Assembly: GCA_964016885.1 (NCBI GenBank)
Contig: OZ024748.1
Location: 49,848,001-49,912,000, forward strand
Origin: Eledone cirrhosa
Lineage: Eukaryota
DNA length: 64,000 bases
Direction: 5' to 3'
Of the stretch, positions 57,601-64,000 are shown in pieces. Each line of letters opens with the position of its first letter. Position 1 is the first letter of the stretch. A program made the translations under genes and the position numbers. The notes under the pieces were generated by a model. That model saw only the letters and a program-made list of their open reading frames with translations, did no database searches and was not told the origin of the DNA.

Positions 57601-57909
57601 TACCCGCCCGCCCCTGGTAATTAAATAAGATATTTTAGTGTCAATTAAACAGTGAAATCTCATCTTTGTATTATGAATGAGTGCACTTGTCTGTTTCAAC
57701 TTAAAAAAACCCTTCAATTGATTGCAGTAAACAATTATTAATGATCATTAAGGAACATTTGTTTTCCTTCCGTTCATACCGATGTATACAGCTGTATGTA
57801 TATATGTGTGTATACAGCTGTATATATATATATATATATGTGTATACTGATGTATGTATGTATATATATATATCTATAAATATATATCTATATATATATC
57901 TATATATAA

Positions 57910-57943
<34 letters not shown>

Positions 57944-58112
57944 GTACACATCTGTAAGTACGTATTTATGTATGTATGTACATAAGTATGTATGTATGTA
58001 TGTATGTATGTATGTATGTATGTATGTATGTATGTATGTATGTATGTATGTATGTATGTATGCATGTATGTGTGTATGTGTGTATGTATGTATGTATATA
58101 GATATGTATGTA

Positions 58113-58209
<97 letters not shown>

Positions 58210-58790
58210 GTGTGTATGTATGTATGTATGTACCGCAGCGTCTATGTATGTTCATATGTTTACAAGCATGCATCTGTGCGCGCTCTGTGTGTTTGTATGT
58301 ACGTATATATATATATACATATATATATGTGCGTGTGTGTGTGTGTGTCTGTGTGTATTTGTTTATTTTATCTTTTTTAAACATTTAGTTTTGCGTTTAA
58401 TATATTTTATTCATTTACTCATCTATATTTTCTTTATATTTTGTACATTATTACATACTTAAGTGGCAGCAATTTACAATAAGAACAGAGACAAAAGATT
58501 GTAATTTCAGATGTAGAAATTATCAAATATTCTAACAAGTAGACAAACATATAAACAATAGAAGAAGCTAATAGAACAACCAAAAAGAGAAGAGATATCA
58601 ATAAAAGATGTAGCATCACCAATTATCTTTCAATGCTAATTAATCGTCTTCATAAACTTCGTTAAGGGCAAATTGACGTTATCAGAAGTAAAATAAAATG
58701 GCGGATGTAGAATGACATATGATGTACGTACATAGAGATATGTATGTATTTATGTATGTATGTATGTATGTATGTATGTATGTATGTATG

Positions 58791-58821
<31 letters not shown>

Positions 58822-58910
58822 GTATATATGTATGTATTTATGTAAGTATTTATGTAAGTATATATGTATGTATGTATCTATGTAAGTATATATGTATGTA
58901 TTTATGTAAG

Positions 58911-58944
<34 letters not shown>

Positions 58945-59403
58945 TGTATGTATGTATGTATGTATGTATGTATGTATGTATGTATGTATGTATGTATGTA
59001 TGTAGGTAGGTAGGTAGGTATGTAGGTATGTATATATAGTTATGTTTGTATGTATGCATGTATGTATGTATGTATGTATGTATGTATGTATGTATGTATG
59101 TATGTATGTATGTATGTATGTATGTAGGTACGTAGGTAGGTATGTATGTATATATGTATGTATGTATGTGTGTGTGTATGTATTTATGTAAGTATATATG
59201 CATGAAGGTAGGGAGGTAGGTATGTATGTATATATGTATGTATGTGTGTATGTATGTATTTATGTAAGTATATATGTATGTATGTATGTAGGTAGATAGG
59301 TAGGTATGTGTATATATATGTATGTATGTGTGTGTGTATGTATGTAGGTAGGTATGTATGTATATATGTATGTATGTTTGTATGTGTATATGTATGTATG
59401 TAT

Positions 59404-60893
59404 GTTCTCGTTTTATAATTTTACAAAGTTTTACCAATAGAGAGAGAGTCGGTTTCTAACATAGATACAAGACTCTCTCATTGGAATTTACAGAACATCA
59501 ACTAGGTAGGTATGTATGCATGCATGTGTAGATATGGATGTTATTGTATGTGTGATGTGTATGTTTTGAGTTGTATGTGTGCATGTGTATATGCTTTGAA
59601 TCTGTATATGTGTATATGCAGTTATTAGATGCAACATTTTTGGAATGTCTTACATATTTTTACTGTTCCATTAATGGATTGTACTTGTAATTTCCTAACT
59701 AGTTGTGTTCTTCCTGTTCCTGTGAAGCCTAGCTTCTAAAGATTTGTATTGAGGCAGTTACTAACATATCTCAGTGCCCCAATAATCACAGGCATAAATC
59801 TGAAGGTGTAATCAGGGTGGAGTATCTACAGATTTCTCATCAGTTCTGCATAAATGTTCTCCTTTTCACTAATTTTTGATATTATTTTGGCATCTGCTGG
59901 GCAGCTAATTTCCATTACTGTGCATGCTTTCTTCTCCCTGTCCCATATCATAATATCTGGTCTGTTATGCCTGCATTTTATAGGGGTTTTTACTGGAACA
60001 TTCCACCAGTACTCTTTCATATTATGTACATGGATGTCATCCACATTGCTGTAGCTTTTAATGTGTTTATTATCGGGGCTATCTTTTTTACGAACTGCAT
60101 TGTACAGTGTTTTGGCCACTACATCATACCTCATAGGTAGATAGTACCGCGATGACATCTTTAGACAGCTGCTGATGACATGGGTGATATCCTCGATGTT
60201 AGTTCTGCAGAGTCTGCACTTGTTATCACATCTAGGTGTTTTGCCTGCATCCCTATCTCTTTTGTGAATCAGGTATTTCGTGTTAATCTCCTGTTCCTGG
60301 ATTGCAAAAGCGTATCCTTCAAAGTGGGAGCCAATATAGCGGTTGTTGGTCCAAGAGAGACTACTTTCCTTATCTATATTACTCTCAATCTGGAGCTTCC
60401 TGGCAACATATCCATGCAGGATTTTTTGCTGAGAGGCATGCAGTTTTTCATCCATGGATTCACTGCGATACTGCTGAGCGACTTCCCTGGGTGTGAGTTT
60501 TCGATTATCACACAGGGAATATCTCTCGAGGAGTTCCTTCCCAACTCTCATGATCTTATCTGTTTCATGCAGATAGACTTGCTCGAGAAACGGACTCCTA
60601 CGCTTCGAGGTTCGTAGATGTTGTCGGAGAGATATGATGTGACATTCAAATGTTGTCTGGACTGATGTTAGGCCTCTGCCTCCCTGCTTATGTTTCTAGT
60701 AGAGGCGGTCTATGTCACTGTTGATGTGGAAGTTTCCGGTGTTGTTTAGTATTTTTCGAGTTCCAACATCAACTGCTCGGATTTCGTCTATCGTCCAATT
60801 GAATATTCCAAACGTTGGTGTTAGGACAGGCACAGCAAACACATTGTGAGCCACTGTTTTGTTTTGCGCAGAGAGTTCCGATGACCAGATCTC
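59404..60893 (-). mobile_element. 5'-truncated R4/Dong-clade LINE (thumb, CCHC knuckle, RLE, 3' UTR) in (CATA)n
   Basis: IWSSELSAQNKTVAHNVFAVPVLTPTFG; QGGRGL; AIQEQEINTK; CRLC...EDITHVISSC; HNRPDIMIWD.....MEISCP; PVIIGAL. A few stops. (TATG)n on both sides on the + strand. Confidence 0.9.
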
Positions 60894-61268
60894 TATGTAT
60901 GTATGTATGTATGTATGTATGTATGTATGTATGTATGTATGTATGTATGTATGTATGTATGTATGTATGTATGTATGTATGTATGTATGTATGTATGTAT
61001 GTATGTATGTATGTATGTGTGTATGTATGTATTTATGTAAGTATGTATGTATGTATGTAGGTAGGGAGGTAGGTATGTATGTATGTATGTATGTACGTTT
61101 GTATGTATGTACGTATGTAACTGTGTTTTGTAATTTTGTGTGTAAGAGTGAATATGTGTGTGTGTGTGTGCGTACCTCTCTACGAATATGCGTATGTGTA
61201 TGACATAAATGTATATTCGAATAATAATGTACTATTTATATCTGCCTAGGTATATATATATATATATT

Positions 61269-61343
<75 letters not shown>

Positions 61344-62124
61344 ATATATATATATATATATATATATATGGAGGGGGAGAGGGAGAGAGATAAATACATT
61401 CAAACACACTTATATATAAATTATACACACAAACTGAGTCGAACAGACACATATTGCAATATATTAATTATGAAAACATCTATTTGACATAGAACACATA
61501 CGAACAGACGACAGACATATAGGAAACAGGAGAAGCTCTGATGTTCATACATTTTAAGAAGTTAATGGATTATGTTTACAAACCAGTGATGGACCATATA
61601 TGTAGTCGATCGACTTGCTTAACTTACCAAAGAAATCTTTCTAAAATGGGCCTACGTGGGACTAGATCTAGTCCTTGGGAGACCCAGGGCAATTCAGGTT
61701 TGGTGAGCTCCTTATATAACGACAAGTATGTTTATGGTTATACCATCTTTACTTGAATTGTGTTGCTGTTGATCGTATTCTATTGCTTGTTATTACAGTG
61801 CATTGACATACTATATTTTTTCTCAACCATCTGTTCTGCAGGGGGCAATCGCTTTTGTCTCTACTGTTACACTCTGTTATATATATTCTAGTTTGTTGTG
61901 TGGTTGACCTACTGTTGCTAGCGTGTGCACGGGCACCATTTGCTTCTGTATGTTCATTTAAGGGTCTCCCTGTGTTTTGTTTGGTGTTGTAGCATCGGTT
62001 GTTTGTGTGTTTTCATCCGTGTCATCTTTTCTAGCTAATCTGTTAGTTATTTTACAGTAGGATGCACCGTTTCGAAGCCTTTGAGAGACACACACATATA
62101 CACATATATAAGGCCTCATGCATA

Positions 62125-62210
<86 letters not shown>

Positions 62211-62212
<2 letters not shown>

Positions 62213-62363
62213 CGAAGAAAATGTGGTAAGGAACCAGGTGGACCATAACGCACCAAAGTACTCAATACTTAGGGTAGTAGAGTGGGTAATAGGAACCAGT
62301 AAGACCTAATTCTGAATTAGCCGTCGAAACGGCTTGGGCTCAGCCGTCGGGGTCTTACTGGTT

Positions 62364-62367
<4 letters not shown>
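62211..62367. mobile_element. gacggctgagc-family fold-back cassette
   Basis: Reverse orientation of 9011-9172. Arms ataggaaccagtaagacc / ggtcttactggttcctat. Confidence 0.85.
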
Positions 62368-62460
<93 letters not shown>

Positions 62461-62462
62461 TA

Positions 62463-62712
62463 TAATAACAGATTAAAGTTAAGGGTGAAAGCAGCGATTC
62501 TTTGCTTAAAATTTAACCTGTTATTTGTAATAAATATTTCCTCTAGGTTTCTTACATATTTTATATATATTTATCCTTATCGAGCCCTCTTTGGATTTTA
62601 GTCTTCACATTTATTATTATTTCCCGTTACTCCTACCTGGAGTTGCGACCGATAGATAATATTACCAATCGGTCTTACCAATGAAAACATTGCTTCCTCC
62701 ATCCATTGTCGA
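62463..62712. mobile_element. Two fused cassette remnants
   Basis: 62463-62622 is the 12782 family with a deleted left arm. 62625-62710 is the reverse complement of the cassette at ~1405-1475 (tatctatcggtcgcaactccaggtag). Confidence 0.75.
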
Positions 62713-63306
62713 TATATATATAATCAAATATATAGATAGAAAAATTAGCTTTTAAATCATTTTAAATTAATATGCCTGGATACACATACATTTATACACA
62801 TCTATACATACACATACACCTACACACCCATATACATATAAATACATCGGAAGATACACATATATATGCATCCCAAGATATGTACATACACGTTTACATA
62901 TTTCTCATATTAATTTTTAGTGACTCGCTTATGCCAATGGTTAGACGTGAGATGTCCGCCATCTTGTGTAGAGTGGAAATTGAATTTCGGATATAACCTG
63001 CTTCAATTTAATTTGTTTTAATCCTCTAAAGATGCAGAAGTACAAATTATACCTATATATCATTTTGTATGCATAGACCCGGATTATACAAATCTTCTAA
63101 CATTATTCAAATAATTTGTTGTACAACTCTCTTGAAACTTGTGTAAGGTATAAAAGAAACAACTAATTTTTCCATCTATATATTTGATTATATTTGCTTT
63201 GTGTTTATGTCTGCCTTTCCAACATTTTCTCCCTAAAAATTTACCTTTTCTTCAGACCAATAATATATAAACACATTGAGCTAATTCTGAAACTACTTGG
63301 CAATTA

Positions 63307-63474
63307 CCGCATTTCTCGGCGTCGAAGACGTAACTTTTTTCCTACAGTAAGTCTCAAAAATCTACCATGGCACCTGGATTTCGAAGTTTGTTTATTATTT
63401 TTTTCCAAATTTTTGGTTCTCAAAATTATGGTGCGTCCTTGAGGACGAAGCGTCTTCGGCGCCGGGAAATACGG
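63307..63474. mobile_element. pogo/Tc2-like MITE
   Basis: TIRs ccgcatttctcggcgtcgaagacg / cgtcttcggcgccgggaaatacgg with TA on both sides. Confidence 0.8.
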
Positions 63475-63540
63475 TATATACTACAATTATATATAATTCT
63501 CTACATACATTTGAGCTTTGTATATATATATTTACCTTTG

Positions 63541-63604
<64 letters not shown>

Positions 63605-63627
63605 CGCATATATATATATATATATAT

Positions 63628-64000
63628 ATAATATAAGATCAAAAGATGGTTAAAGGAGTTCCATGAATTTTATTATGCGCATTTCAAAAACAAACATCAT
63701 CATGCAATAATATTTGTGTTTTCATCAGATAAAACAGGAGAACATGATATGAAGGCTAAAAAACACTTGTGGATAGTGCAGTTTTAAATAAACATATGTT
63801 GATTTAAAACTGCACTATCCACAAGTGTTTTTTAGCCTTCATATCATGTTCTCCTGTTTTATCTGATGAAAACACAAATATTATTGCATGATGATGTTTG
63901 TTTTTGAAATGCGCATAATAAAATACATGGAACTCCTTTAACCATCTTTTGATCTTATATTATGTATACTCCAGTCCTACAAACTGTAGAGTGCTTCTTA
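63628..64000. mobile_element. Young fold-back PLE cassette with ~165-bp arms and a complete hammerhead in each arm
   Basis: Palindrome centred on catatg (63793-63798). TTTTAT-CTGATGA-...-GAAA-TGCGCA-TA-ATAAAA at 63857-63923. The tail runs off the window. Confidence 0.88.

Overview
AT-rich, microsatellite-saturated eukaryotic non-coding DNA. The SINE families and repeat landscape suggest an octopod cephalopod (inference). I can support no host protein-coding exon, and nearly all long ORFs are artefacts of simple repeats. The window contains decayed mobile elements: about 15 copies of a tRNA-derived SINE, CORE-type SINEs, R4/Dong and CRE restriction-like-endonuclease LINE fragments, RTE and Tx1-like fragments, Penelope-like (PLE) RT/GIY-YIG fragments, mariner/maT/pogo-type DNA elements and a Helentron-type element. 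It also has a ~5.8 kb nearly G-free 48-bp minisatellite and a 200-N gap with a duplicated flank. The most striking signal is a set of short, mutually unrelated cassettes embedded in (TA)n tracts. Many carry minimal type-I hammerhead ribozyme motifs (CTGAnGA-stem II-GAAA-palindromic stem III-NUH). Many are fold-back palindromes with a tail on one arm only, and five families share an ACTC...GAGT hairpin in that tail. One cassette is physically joined to a PLE GIY-YIG C-terminus, pointing to a (TA)n-targeting, ribozyme-bearing PLE/retrozyme-like system. All calls were made by eye; no searches or folding programs were run.
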